Assembly (NCBI GenBank): GCA_965662235.1
Contig: CBFIGY010000001.1
Span: 352,001-416,000 of the forward strand
DNA length: 64,000 nt
Direction of reading: 5' to 3'
DNA from: an uncultured bacterium
GTDB lineage: Bacteria; SAR324; NAC60-12
Under the pieces are notes generated by a model. That model made no database searches, was not told where the DNA came from, and was given only the letters and a program-made list of their open reading frames with translations. Both the position numbers and the translations under genes were made by a program. The stretch's first letter is position 1. Each line of letters starts with the position of its first letter. This document shows positions 18,955 to 28,702 of this stretch, in pieces.

Positions 18955-21123
18955 GTGAAGAAAACCATGATTCCATTGCTGTCCAGCATCTTGGCCCTGT
19001 CGGCCTCAGCTGGGCATGCTCAAAGCTTCAACCGCCTCGCTTCCTTTGCGACCAACCACAACATCCCTGCGGGGATGGACCCCATGAGTGAGACCTCAGC
19101 GGAAATCATCACGGCCACTCAAGATGGTCAGATGCTGGTGTATTCCGACAGCCCCCTAGGGGGAATTGGCATGGTCGACATCAGCAATCCATCCAACCCA
19201 CAGCCTGCCGGATTCCTCACCCTCAACGGAGAGCCGACCTCAGTGACCACTGCAGGGTCGATGATCCTGGCTGCTGTCAACACGTCTCCGAGCTTCACCG
19301 AGGTTTCCGGATACCTCGCGGTCATTGACCCGCAGACGAAGCAGCTGGTGGGACGCTGTGAGCTTTCAGGACAGCCCGACTCGACGGCCGTCTCTCCTGA
19401 TGGACGTTACGTCGCCGTTGCCATTGAGAATGAACGGGACGAGGACCTTGGGGACGGAGGCATTCCGCAGAATGCTCCTGGAAACGTCACCCTCTTCCCG
19501 CTGGTGAACGACCGTCCGGTCTGTGATCAGGTCCAGGTGATTGATATGACCGGACTTGCGGACATCGCGCCTTCGGATCCAGAGCCCGAGTTTGTGGACT
19601 TCAACTCCCGGAACGAGATCGTGGTCTCCATGCAGGAGAACAATCACATCGCCATCATTGATGCCGCCTCCGGACGCATTGTCTCTCATTTTTCCGCCGG
19701 ACAGGTGAACCTGCGTAACGTCGACCTGGAGGAAGAAGGCGCCTTGACCTTTGATGGGGTGCAGAACAATCGCCTCCGTGAACCGGACGCTGTGCACTGG
19801 ATTGACGACAACCGCATTCTGGCCGCGAACGAAGGGGACTGGAATGGCGGTGCCCGGGGCTTCACCATCTACAACCGGCAAGGGGCTGAGCTCTACGAAG
19901 CCGGGCTGGACTTTGAGTACCGCGCCGCCATGGCCGGACACTACCCCGAGAAGCGCTCAGGCAACAAGGGCATTGAGCCGGAAGGCCTCGAAATTGGCAC
20001 CTTCAACGGCCAGACCTACCTGTTTGTGCTCTCGGAGCGTGGCTCGCTGGTGGGCGTCTACCGTGACACAAAGGGCGCTCCAGAGTTTGTGCAGTTGCTG
20101 CCCTCCGGAATTTCCCCGGAAGGCGCCATTGCGATTCCAAGCCGGAATCTGCTGGTGACTGCCAATGAGACCGATCTGGGTCCGGATGGCGGGGTGCGGG
20201 CGCATGTGATGATCTATGGCCTGAGTGCCGGCGAGCCGAGCTACCCGCAACTGGTCTCCGGAATGGACCAGGGTCGGCCGATTGGCTGGGGAGCCCTCTC
20301 CGGTCTGACGGCAGACCCGCAGAAGCCGGGCATTCTGTACGCGGTCAACGACAGCTTCTACAGCATGCAGCCCACCATTTTCACCATTGACGCCAATCAG
20401 AAACCCGCCCGGATCATCGCCGCCACCCCGGTGACCCGTGGGGGACAGCCGGCTCAGAAGCTCGACCTGGAAGGCATTGCTGCCGATGGCAAGGGCGGCT
20501 TCTGGCTCGCCTCGGAAGGCCGAACCGATCGGCTCATCCCGCATGCGCTCTACCACGTCGACAGCAAGGGCCGCATCCGCAGCGAAATCCCTTTCCCCAA
20601 AGAGCTGCTGAGCGTTGAAAAACGCTATGGCGCAGAGGGCATCACGGTCGTGGGCGACACGCTGTGGATCGCCATTCAGCGTAGCTGGGACAATGATCCG
20701 AAGGACCTCGTCAAGCTGGTCTCCTACAACACCCAAACCCGAGAGTGGGGAGCCGTCTTCTATCCGACGGAGCCGACCAGCAAGGGCTGGGTGGGCCTTT
20801 CGGAAATCACCGCCTACAACGGCAACGTTTATGTCATTGAGCGAGACAATCAGATTGGGGAAGCGGCCCGCATCAAGCGGCTCTACCGCATCTCCGGCTC
20901 AGATATGAACACGCTGCCCCTCGCCGGCAACAAGTTCTACCTCGTCCGCAAGGAACTGGTCCGTGACTTCATTCCGGACCTCAAGGCCCTCAACGGCTTT
21001 GTTGTGGACAAGGTGGAAGGCTTCACCGTTGACGCCCAGGGCACTGGTTTTGTGGTTACCGACAACGATGGCGTGGACGACAGCTCCGGAGAAACCTACT
21101 TCTTCTCCATCGGCAACCTCTAA
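18955..21123 (+). CDS. Secreted beta-propeller + esterase-like phytase domain protein (alkaline phosphatase-like)
   Basis: Signal peptide (AHA/QS), EPE, REPDA, ANEGD, RSGNKGIEPEG; C-domain GALSGL, DLEGI, EGIT, DND. Confidence 0.75.
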   Translation: MKKTMIPLLSSILALSASAGHAQSFNRLASFATNHNIPAGMDPMSETSAEIITATQDGQMLVYSDSPLGGIGMVDISNPSNPQPAGFLTLNGEPTSVTTAGSMILAAVNTSPSFTEVSGYLAVIDPQTKQLVGRCELSGQPDSTAVSPDGRYVAVAIENERDEDLGDGGIPQNAPGNVTLFPLVNDRPVCDQVQVIDMTGLADIAPSDPEPEFVDFNSRNEIVVSMQENNHIAIIDAASGRIVSHFSAGQVNLRNVDLEEEGALTFDGVQNNRLREPDAVHWIDDNRILAANEGDWNGGARGFTIYNRQGAELYEAGLDFEYRAAMAGHYPEKRSGNKGIEPEGLEIGTFNGQTYLFVLSERGSLVGVYRDTKGAPEFVQLLPSGISPEGAIAIPSRNLLVTANETDLGPDGGVRAHVMIYGLSAGEPSYPQLVSGMDQGRPIGWGALSGLTADPQKPGILYAVNDSFYSMQPTIFTIDANQKPARIIAATPVTRGGQPAQKLDLEGIAADGKGGFWLASEGRTDRLIPHALYHVDSKGRIRSEIPFPKELLSVEKRYGAEGITVVGDTLWIAIQRSWDNDPKDLVKLVSYNTQTREWGAVFYPTEPTSKGWVGLSEITAYNGNVYVIERDNQIGEAARIKRLYRISGSDMNTLPLAGNKFYLVRKELVRDFIPDLKALNGFVVDKVEGFTVDAQGTGFVVTDNDGVDDSSGETYFFSIGNL

Positions 21124-21156
21124 CCCTCCTTGAGGAAGCGCTCTGCTTCCTCTGCC

Positions 21157-21193
21157 CGTCAGGCCTCACGCTCTCCAGGGGGCCTGACGTTTC
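21157..21193 (+). terminator. Intrinsic terminator-like hairpin
   Basis: CGTCAGGCC / GGCCTGACG followed by TTT; second hairpin GAGGAAGC/GCTTCCTC at 21132-21152. Confidence 0.5.
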
Positions 21194-21344
21194 TCCCAGT
21201 CCCAACGGCTTCCCTGACTTCTCCCCAGATCCGAACCCTTAGGGAATCTTCACGCGGTGCTAACGAAGGCTGAAAACTCCTTCGGCATGATGCTTACGAA
21301 AAGGTGGCCCTGATGACTCAATCCCCTCAAGCCATGGACCTGTT

Positions 21345-22166
21345 TTGAATGCACCAACCCGCCCACAGCCCTCCAGCAACCCATCCCGGACCCGATACCG
21401 CACCGTCTGCGTATCCGATTTTCACCTCGGTGCCCGTGGATGCAAGGCCGAACGGCTCTGTCACTTCCTGAAGCAGACGCAGTGTGATGTGCTTTACCTA
21501 GTGGGAGACATCATTGACATCGAAAAGCTTCAGCGCCGCATCTACTGGCCTCAGGAGCACTCCAACGTCATTCGGCGGGTGCTGACCATGGCCAAACGCG
21601 GCACGCAGGTGGTGTACATCCTTGGCAATCACGATGAGGCGATCAAGCAGTGGCTGCACTACCATCCGAAGCTGGGAAACGTCGAAATCCGCAGCCAAGC
21701 CATTCATGAGGGACTGGACGGGCGCAAGTTCCTGGTCATTCACGGAGACATCTTCGACGGCATTGTGCAGGTACAGCGCTGGCTGTACTGGGTGGGCGAC
21801 CGAGCCTATGACCTAGCGCTGCTGGTGAACGACAGCCTCAACTGGATCCGGGAACGCTTTGGCCTCGCCCACTGGCCCATCAGCCGCTTCCTCAAGATGC
21901 AGGTCAAGTCGGCAGTCAACTACCTCACCGAGTTTGAGTCGACCATGGCCAAGTACTGCAAGAAACGGAAGCTCGATGGCGTCATCTGCGGACACATCCA
22001 TCACCCGGAGATCCGGGAGATTGAGGGCATTTCCTACATGAACGATGGCGACTGGGTGGAGTCCTGCAGCGCGCTGGTGGAGACCCTTGAGGGGCGCTGG
22101 GAGATTTTGCACTGGAACAAGGAAGGGGCGCGAGCCCAACCGTGGTCGCTGGCGGAGGTCGCATGA
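21345..22166 (+). CDS. plcP: Metallophosphoesterase, PlcP-type phospholipase C (LpxH-like family)
   Basis: SDFHLG, LYLVGDIID, GNHD, HGD, CGHIH, NDGDWVESCSALVE; coupled to a GT4 gene as in plcP-agt loci. Confidence 0.8.
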   Translation: MNAPTRPQPSSNPSRTRYRTVCVSDFHLGARGCKAERLCHFLKQTQCDVLYLVGDIIDIEKLQRRIYWPQEHSNVIRRVLTMAKRGTQVVYILGNHDEAIKQWLHYHPKLGNVEIRSQAIHEGLDGRKFLVIHGDIFDGIVQVQRWLYWVGDRAYDLALLVNDSLNWIRERFGLAHWPISRFLKMQVKSAVNYLTEFESTMAKYCKKRKLDGVICGHIHHPEIREIEGISYMNDGDWVESCSALVETLEGRWEILHWNKEGARAQPWSLAEVA

Positions 22167-23218
22167 GGCTCCGACGCTTTGCCCTGGTCACGGACGCCTG
22201 GCACCCGCAGACCAACGGGGTGGTCAACACCCTCTCTCGTTTTGTCAGGCACCTAGAGTCCAACGGGGTGGAGGTTTTGGTGCTCTCCCCGCAAGATGGC
22301 CCCACGGTGCCGCTTCCGTCTTATCCGGAGATCCGGATTGCCACCCAGCCCTGGAAAGCGGTCACGCGTCTGCAGCAGTTCAACCCGGATGCAGTCCACG
22401 TGGCAACCGAGGGGCCGCTCGGATTTTGGGTGCGCGGATGGCTGGGACGCAACCGCTTTCGCTTCACAACCAGCTTCCACACCCGCTTTCCGGAGTACCT
22501 GAGCGCCCGGCTCCCGGTGCCGCTGGAGTGGGGGTACCGGCTGGAGCGCTGGTTTCACGGCGGCGCTGAGCACACGCTGGTGGGCACTCAGTCCCTGATC
22601 CGGGAGCTGAAGGCCCAGCACGTTGGCAGGCACTTGGTGCACTGGCCCCGTGGTGTGGACGTCGAACGCTTTCATCCACGCTATCGTGAATCAAACGTCT
22701 ACGACGGTCCTGGACCCAAGTGGCTCTATGTGGGGCGTGTGGCCGTGGAGAAGAGCATTGAGCACTTTCTCACCCTAGACCTGCCGGGCACCAAGATTGT
22801 TGTGGGCGATGGCCCGTCTCGCGAGGAACTGCAGCGCCGCTTTCCGGAGGTCGTCTGGCGCGGGTGGCAGCACGGTGATGAGCTGTCCCGGCACTTCGCC
22901 AGCGCGGACTGCTTCGTGTTCCCTTCCCGGACCGAGACCTTTGGGAATGTTTTGCTGGAAGCCATGGCGTCCGGACTCCCGGTGGCTTCGGTTCCTGCTC
23001 CGGGACCAGTGGACCTGATTGAGGAGGGGATCAATGGAGCCCTCAGTGAGAACCTGCACGACGCATGTTTGCGGGCAGTGACGTGTTCCCGGAAGCGCGC
23101 CCGTGCCACGGCCCAGCGGTTCAGTTGGAAGGTCAGCCACGAGCTGTTTCAGCTTCACCTGGTGCCGTTCCGTCCTGCCGACCCGCTGTCTCATCCTCAG
23201 GAAGCGTTCGCCTCCTAG
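22163..23218 (+). CDS. agt: GT4 glycosyltransferase, Agt/GTcp-like glycolipid synthase
   Basis: TDAWHPQTNGVV, HVATEGPLG, TSFHTRFPEY, YVGRVAVEK, FPSRTETFGNVLLEA; ATGA overlap with plcP. Confidence 0.75.
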   Translation: MRLRRFALVTDAWHPQTNGVVNTLSRFVRHLESNGVEVLVLSPQDGPTVPLPSYPEIRIATQPWKAVTRLQQFNPDAVHVATEGPLGFWVRGWLGRNRFRFTTSFHTRFPEYLSARLPVPLEWGYRLERWFHGGAEHTLVGTQSLIRELKAQHVGRHLVHWPRGVDVERFHPRYRESNVYDGPGPKWLYVGRVAVEKSIEHFLTLDLPGTKIVVGDGPSREELQRRFPEVVWRGWQHGDELSRHFASADCFVFPSRTETFGNVLLEAMASGLPVASVPAPGPVDLIEEGINGALSENLHDACLRAVTCSRKRARATAQRFSWKVSHELFQLHLVPFRPADPLSHPQEAFAS

Positions 23219-24102
23219 GCGACCACCTCCATCATCGGCTGCCCCATCCAGATTCGCTGTCCTTCCTTTAAGGTGTCGCTGAGGCGCACCCCCGAGGTGC
23301 TGAAGACTAGGATGGTGGAGCCGTGCTCAAACCACCCCATTTCCTCGCCCTTGAGGAAGGAGGCGGCACAGGGAATGTGGTTGGGCCCCTGGTACTTGAG
23401 GTTCAGGGCCGTTTCTAGGAAGCGGAAGCGCATGCTCGCAACGAGGATGGCCGCGACGGGGACCAGGGTCACGGACTCAGAGGTCCCTTCCAGCGTCAGC
23501 GGGAGGAGGGCCCGCTCATTCTTGCAAAAGAGCCGTTCCACGCGCTTGAGCGCAATGGGATTGACGTTCCAGGTGTCACCTGAAATGTAGGTGAGGTTCC
23601 GGACCTGACAGTTGGCAGGCGCATGGAAGCGATGGTAGAAGCTGGACTTGAGGCGCAGCGTGAGGAAGTGGCCGTTGGCGTAGCGGTCCACCAGCGCCGG
23701 GTCCAGCAAGAGGTCCTGCAGCGTGTAGGGAAATCCCTTGGCCTGAAAAACACGGGTGCCATCAATGCGTCCGTGTGCGCCAACGATGGCGTCACAGGGG
23801 CTGGTCAGCCAGTTTGGTGCGGGGTCAATCGTCCGGGCCCCTTCCTTGAGCTCCCGGATGAAGCAGTCGTGCAGGCTGGTGAAGTGCGTTTTTTTCGCCT
23901 CATCTAGGTTGAGGTCATCTGCAAAGAATTTCCAGAGAGCCAGCGACACGTCCCGGACCAGCGGATGCTCTCGTTTGCTGAACCACCCCATGAACTGGGT
24001 GAGCAGCTGGCGAGGAATGCGGTTGGTCAGGAGGAAGTTCAGGTCTTCTTGCTGGAAGATCCGGTCCTTGAGCGTGGGGGTCGCAGAGCGTTCAGGAGTC
24101 AT
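23215..24102 (-). CDS. psd: Phosphatidylserine decarboxylase family proenzyme (HGST variant)
   Basis: SPCDA, QAKG..Y.L, YHRFHAP, LFCKNER, KGEEMGWFEHGST. Confidence 0.82.
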   Translation of the reverse strand: MTPERSATPTLKDRIFQQEDLNFLLTNRIPRQLLTQFMGWFSKREHPLVRDVSLALWKFFADDLNLDEAKKTHFTSLHDCFIRELKEGARTIDPAPNWLTSPCDAIVGAHGRIDGTRVFQAKGFPYTLQDLLLDPALVDRYANGHFLTLRLKSSFYHRFHAPANCQVRNLTYISGDTWNVNPIALKRVERLFCKNERALLPLTLEGTSESVTLVPVAAILVASMRFRFLETALNLKYQGPNHIPCAASFLKGEEMGWFEHGSTILVFSTSGVRLSDTLKEGQRIWMGQPMMEVVA

Positions 24103-24126
24103 TTAACCTTTTTCACATGAGTCCGC

Positions 24127-25776
24127 ATGGAACTGTTCGCATTTTTGGCTGCCGGAGCCTTTGCTTCGGCCGCCTCGTTTCCTCGACTTCGTCAGCGCTT
24201 GGAGCTGTCTCGGGCGAAGCATCCGTCGCTGCGGGGGCACGCCAAGATGTCGCGGCAGCTGGCGAAGTGGATTCCGTATTGGGAGTATGACGAGTCGCAG
24301 TTCTTCAGCAGCGACGACGCGCCTGCTGAAGTGGTTCGCCGCCGCCGAGAGGGCTTCCGGAAGCTGGAGGAACTCTATGCGCAGCGCTTTGTGCAAACGG
24401 CACAGCTGAGCGCCGAAGCGGCTTCGGGCATTTCGGACCTGCAGTTCACCAGCGCCTACCGGGTTCCCTTTCAGTACAGCCGCTACGTCCGGGAACGGCT
24501 CAAGAGCGGCTCGTTTCTGCAGGCGTCGTCCGGAGTGCAGGTCACGGATCTGGACGGGAATGAGTTCTATGACCTCACCGGAGCCTATGGTGTGAACGTC
24601 TTTGGTTACGACTTCTACAAGGCGTGTGTGGACCGGGGCATTGAGCGGACCCGGGAGCTGGGCCCAGTGCTGGGTCCGTACCATCCGTTGGTGGCAGATA
24701 ACGTCCAGCGCCTGCAGGCGATTTCCGGACTGGACGAGGTGTCGTTTCACATGTCGGGCACCGAGGCGGTGATGCAGGCGGTGCGGCTGGCGCGCTACCA
24801 CACGGGGCGGCAGAAGCTGGTCCGTTTCTGTGGGGCCTACCACGGCTGGTGGGACGATGTGCAGCCCGGAGTGGGGAACCCGCATCCGGTCAAGGACACC
24901 TACACGCTCAAGGACATGGACCCGGATACGCTGAAGGTGCTCCGGACCCGCAAGGACATTGCGTGCGTGCTGGTGAATCCGCTGCAGGCGTTGCACCCGA
25001 ACATGAACGCGCCCGGCGACTCGATGCTCGTCAGCAGCGACCGTTGGGCGCACTTTGACAAGTCGGCCTACACGGAGTGGTTGCAGGAACTGCGACAGGT
25101 CTGCACCGAGCAGGGCATTGCGCTCATCCTCGACGAGGTCTTTGTGGGCTTCCGGTTGGCCCACGGAGGTGCTCAGGAATTCTTTGGGGTCTCTGCCGAC
25201 CTGGTGACCTACGGCAAGACGCTCGGAGGCGGTCTGCCGGTGGGGGTCGTGTGTGGAAAGCGACGCTGGATGAAGCGCTTCCGGAACGACCGGCCGGCGG
25301 ACATCTGCTTCGCACGAGGCACCTTCAACTCTCATCCGTATGTGATGGGCGCCATGAACGAGTTCCTCCGGCAGGTGGAAGGTCCGGAGTTTCAGCACGG
25401 GTACCAAGAGGCCGAGGAGCTGTGGAATGCTCGGATCCGGAGGCTGAACGACCGGCTGCGTGCAGAAGGGCTGCCTGTGGACGTGGTGAACCTGATGTCG
25501 ATTGGCACCCTCCGCTACACGCATCCGTCTCGTTACAACTGGATGTTCCAGTACTACCTCCGTGCAGAAGGGTTGGCCTTGAGTTGGGTGGGAACGGGAC
25601 GCCTCATCTTCAGCCACAACTACAGTGAGGCCGAGTTTGACGACGTCAGTGACCGGTTGGTGCAGGCGGCTCGGAAGATGGAGCAGGATGGCTGGTGGTG
25701 GCGTTCCGCGGAGCTGACCAACAAGTCGATCAAGCGAAAGGTGCTCCGGGAACTGATCACAGCCCGCTTCTTCTGA
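24127..25776 (+). CDS. Class III PLP aminotransferase, GSA-aminomutase-like, with N-terminal extension
   Basis: DLDGNEFYD, SGTEA, GAYHG, LILDEVFVGFR, DLVTYGKTLGGGLPVG, GTFNSHP. Confidence 0.85.
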   Translation: MELFAFLAAGAFASAASFPRLRQRLELSRAKHPSLRGHAKMSRQLAKWIPYWEYDESQFFSSDDAPAEVVRRRREGFRKLEELYAQRFVQTAQLSAEAASGISDLQFTSAYRVPFQYSRYVRERLKSGSFLQASSGVQVTDLDGNEFYDLTGAYGVNVFGYDFYKACVDRGIERTRELGPVLGPYHPLVADNVQRLQAISGLDEVSFHMSGTEAVMQAVRLARYHTGRQKLVRFCGAYHGWWDDVQPGVGNPHPVKDTYTLKDMDPDTLKVLRTRKDIACVLVNPLQALHPNMNAPGDSMLVSSDRWAHFDKSAYTEWLQELRQVCTEQGIALILDEVFVGFRLAHGGAQEFFGVSADLVTYGKTLGGGLPVGVVCGKRRWMKRFRNDRPADICFARGTFNSHPYVMGAMNEFLRQVEGPEFQHGYQEAEELWNARIRRLNDRLRAEGLPVDVVNLMSIGTLRYTHPSRYNWMFQYYLRAEGLALSWVGTGRLIFSHNYSEAEFDDVSDRLVQAARKMEQDGWWWRSAELTNKSIKRKVLRELITARFF

Positions 25777-25882
25777 AAACGCCCCAAGCTCCCTAAGGTA
25801 ATGAATCTCTGTTGGGGCGGGATTGCGGCTTCGTTAGGATTTTTGAAAGAAGGGCGCAGGGGCCCAAGGGTGGGGGCCGGCG

Positions 25883-26092
25883 TTACGGTTGCCGGACGTA
25901 GATGTCGAGGACCATCACAAAGACAATGGGGTGCTCGACATCGTCGAAGATGATGCGGGTCACCTGGTAACCCACGCTTTCATAGATGAACTGGCTGGCT
26001 TCCGTCAGGTCCTCTTGAGACATCTCAATGAGGGTGCCATCGGGTTCTCCAAGCATTCCGTGAATCCGAACGAGGGTGGTTTCATCACTCAT
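25883..26092 (-). CDS. Small acidic hypothetical protein (69 aa)
   Basis: GGAGA RBS before ATG 26092; protein-like composition; follows ppk2. Confidence 0.55.
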   Translation of the reverse strand: MSDETTLVRIHGMLGEPDGTLIEMSQEDLTEASQFIYESVGYQVTRIIFDDVEHPIVFVMVLDIYVRQP

Positions 26093-26134
26093 CGGCTCTC
26101 CAAGGGTCGGCGTGGGCGTCACAGGGTTCCAGCG

Positions 26135-26965
26135 TTAGAAGACTTCCGGAACATAGATGTGCTCCTCTTTGGGGGGGCGTTCATAGCCGCTGCTTTTGGG
26201 GCGCTTCGGAACCTTGACCTCCTTGGGCAGCTCCTCATCGTGTGGAAGCTTGGTGAGGAGGTGTGAGAGGCAGTTGAGCCGCGCCTTGAGCTTGTCATCG
26301 GCTTCCACGGTGTACCAGGGCGCCCAGGGGGTGTTGGAGAAGCTGAACATCTCATCCTTGGCCTTCGAGTAGTCCTCCCAGCGCTCAATGGAGGCAAGGT
26401 CCATGGGGCTGAGCTTCCAGCGCTTGAGGGGGTTCCGGGCGCGTTCCTGAAAGCGAGCTTCCTGCTCGGCGTCGCTGACCGAGAACCAGTACTTGATGAG
26501 GTGAATGCCGGAGCGGGTCAGCATGGCTTCAAACTCAGGGCAGCTGCGGGCAAAGTCCTGGTACTCCTCTTCAGAGCAAAAGCCCATCACACGCTCCACT
26601 CCCGCCCGGTTGTACCAGCTCCGGTCGAAGATGACGATCTCTCCGGCAGCCGGGAGGTGCTCAACGTACCGCTGAAAGTACCACTGGGACCGCTCGCGGT
26701 CGGAAGGCGAAGGCAGGGCGACGACTCGGCAGCCCCGGGGGTTCAATGGCTCGGTCAGGCGCTTGATGACGCCTCCCTTTCCGGCAGCATCGCGACCTTC
26801 GAAGATGAGCACCACCTTGAGCCCTCGCTTCCGGACCGTGTGCTGCATCTGCACGAGGTCGTGGTAGAGCTTCTTCAGCTCCTTCTCATACTCCTTCTTG
26901 GGCAGCTTCGGACGGTCGGCTTCAGGCGCCGTGACGTCTTCACTGGTCTTCTTCTTCTTTGACAT
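26135..26965 (-). CDS. ppk2: Polyphosphate kinase 2
   Basis: FEGRDAAGKGG, QWYFQRY, FDRSWYNRAGVERVMG, WKLSPMD. Confidence 0.95.
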   Translation of the reverse strand: MSKKKKTSEDVTAPEADRPKLPKKEYEKELKKLYHDLVQMQHTVRKRGLKVVLIFEGRDAAGKGGVIKRLTEPLNPRGCRVVALPSPSDRERSQWYFQRYVEHLPAAGEIVIFDRSWYNRAGVERVMGFCSEEEYQDFARSCPEFEAMLTRSGIHLIKYWFSVSDAEQEARFQERARNPLKRWKLSPMDLASIERWEDYSKAKDEMFSFSNTPWAPWYTVEADDKLKARLNCLSHLLTKLPHDEELPKEVKVPKRPKSSGYERPPKEEHIYVPEVF

Positions 26966-26977
26966 AAATGGGCCTCC

Positions 26978-28702
26978 TTATAGCTGGGGAACAGGCTCCG
27001 ACATACGCGTACCTGCCCGAGCAATGGGCTTGGATAAACGGCGGGTGTGATAGAAAACGCGCCTCAGCCCTTCGGCGAGATCCGACTCAAACCGGAAGGA
27101 CTGCAGCCGCTGGACGCCTTCGTGAGGGTTGTCCAGCACCGCCCGGGCGATGCGACGCTTGCCCTCCCGTTTCAGGCTAAGGACCTGCTTTGCCAAGAGG
27201 GGGTCATGCGTGGCCAGGGCCGTAAGTGACTGACTCAGCGCCTCTAGGGTGAAGCCGTGGGCTTCAATCAACCGAGACTGTGCATCTGCTGAAAGCTGCA
27301 GGCCCTGTTGCAGGCGTTCCAAGCCTAGCATTGAGAAAACGTTTTCGACAAGGTCTCCGATGCTTTCCAGCTCATTGGCGGCATTGGAAAGCTGAATGAC
27401 CTCATCGGTTTGCTTATCGGTGAAGGTCAGCTGACTGAGGGTGGCCAGGTCGGTCATGATGGTGGCGTGCAGCTCATCCACATCCTTATCCTGGGCCTCC
27501 AGGTGCCGGAGGTCTTCTGTGGTGCCGGAGTAGACTGCTGTGAGGGTGCCTCCGTAGATTTCTTCCACCAGTCGTCCGAGCTTGAGGACTTTCAGGCGCA
27601 CCACATCCAGCGCAAGGGAAGGGGTCTTCAGGAGGACCGGATCCAAGGTGGGCTCGCGCTCCTCGCGGGGACGGGGAGGAATGAGCCGGCGGATTACCAG
27701 ACCGACCGGGGTGGTGAAGCCAATGAAGACCACGGCCATGCCGACGTTGAAGAGGGTGTGGGCGTTGGCCAGCTGACGAGGCAGTGCGCTCATGTCTCCG
27801 ATCAACTCCGGAGGCGTCATCTGCTCCACTAGCCAGACCAGTCCGGGGATGGCCGGGACTAGGGCAACGCTCCAGGTCAGATTGAAGAAGGTGTGCGCCG
27901 CGGCAACCTGTCGAGCCTCCGGAGGCTGTCCCAGCGATGCGAGCACCGCGGTCACGCAAGTGCCTACGTTGGCGCCGAGAATGAGAGCAATGCCTCCTTC
28001 CAGCGAAATCAGCCCCTGCGACGCGAGGGCAATGACGATGCCCATCGTTGCCGAGCTGGACTGCACCAGCGCGGTGAAGGCCGCAGCACTGATCAAACCA
28101 AGGAACGGATTCGACATCTGCGCCATCAGGTCCACAAAGGGCTCAAAGCTCCGGAGCGGCTTCATGGCGTCGCTCATCACGCTCATGCCCCAGAAGATCA
28201 GCCCGAGCCCGAGCAGAGCCCGACCCAGCTGCTTCACGTGGTCTTTGTTCCCAATCATGTCCAGCAGCACCCCGATCGCCACCATTACCATAGCCAGCTT
28301 GGTCACCTTGAAGGCGATGATCTGTGCCGTGATGGTGGTGCCGATGTTGGCGCCCAGGATGATGCCCAGCGACTGAGGGAGCGACATGAGTCCGGCGGAC
28401 ACAAAGCTCACCAGCAGCACCGTTGTGATGGAGCTGGACTGCAGCACCGCGGTGATGATGGCACCTGTGCTCAGACCCATCAGGCGGTTGTTGCTCAGCT
28501 TGGCGAGGATGTCCTTCATGCGGTCTCCCGCGATCACCCGGAGGGCCTGGCTGATGGTCTCCATGCCATAAAGGAAGAGGGCCAATCCGCCAATCAGGCC
28601 CATGCCCAGCTGCAGCCACTCCAGCTCCGGAGCGCCTTCTGAAGCGGCCCACAGCAAGGTGGGAAGCACCAGGCTGATGCTGATGAGAAGGGGTCGAGTC
28701 AT
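26978..28702 (-). CDS. Na+/Pi cotransporter family protein with PhoU-like C-terminus
   Basis: Two QSSS repeats with GANIGT/GANVGT, AHTFFN, LESIGDL; start MTRPLL overlaps cobS stop. Confidence 0.9.
   Translation of the reverse strand: MTRPLLISISLVLPTLLWAASEGAPELEWLQLGMGLIGGLALFLYGMETISQALRVIAGDRMKDILAKLSNNRLMGLSTGAIITAVLQSSSITTVLLVSFVSAGLMSLPQSLGIILGANIGTTITAQIIAFKVTKLAMVMVAIGVLLDMIGNKDHVKQLGRALLGLGLIFWGMSVMSDAMKPLRSFEPFVDLMAQMSNPFLGLISAAAFTALVQSSSATMGIVIALASQGLISLEGGIALILGANVGTCVTAVLASLGQPPEARQVAAAHTFFNLTWSVALVPAIPGLVWLVEQMTPPELIGDMSALPRQLANAHTLFNVGMAVVFIGFTTPVGLVIRRLIPPRPREEREPTLDPVLLKTPSLALDVVRLKVLKLGRLVEEIYGGTLTAVYSGTTEDLRHLEAQDKDVDELHATIMTDLATLSQLTFTDKQTDEVIQLSNAANELESIGDLVENVFSMLGLERLQQGLQLSADAQSRLIEAHGFTLEALSQSLTALATHDPLLAKQVLSLKREGKRRIARAVLDNPHEGVQRLQSFRFESDLAEGLRRVFYHTRRLSKPIARAGTRMSEPVPQL

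Noticed and set aside
21247..21276. Possible Pho box upstream of plcP (TCTTCAC-N4-TGCTAAC), and a weaker one near 18878
   Set aside because: Too degenerate to support without a lineage-specific matrix.
24103..25617. Long antisense ORFs (504 aa here; also 33078-34355, 42931-44043, 1879-2685 and others)
   Set aside because: Shadow frames of well-supported genes in GC-rich DNA; no motifs.
24127..25776. Calling this gene hemL
   Set aside because: Membrane anchor, long extensions and lipid-gene context argue for a distinct subfamily.
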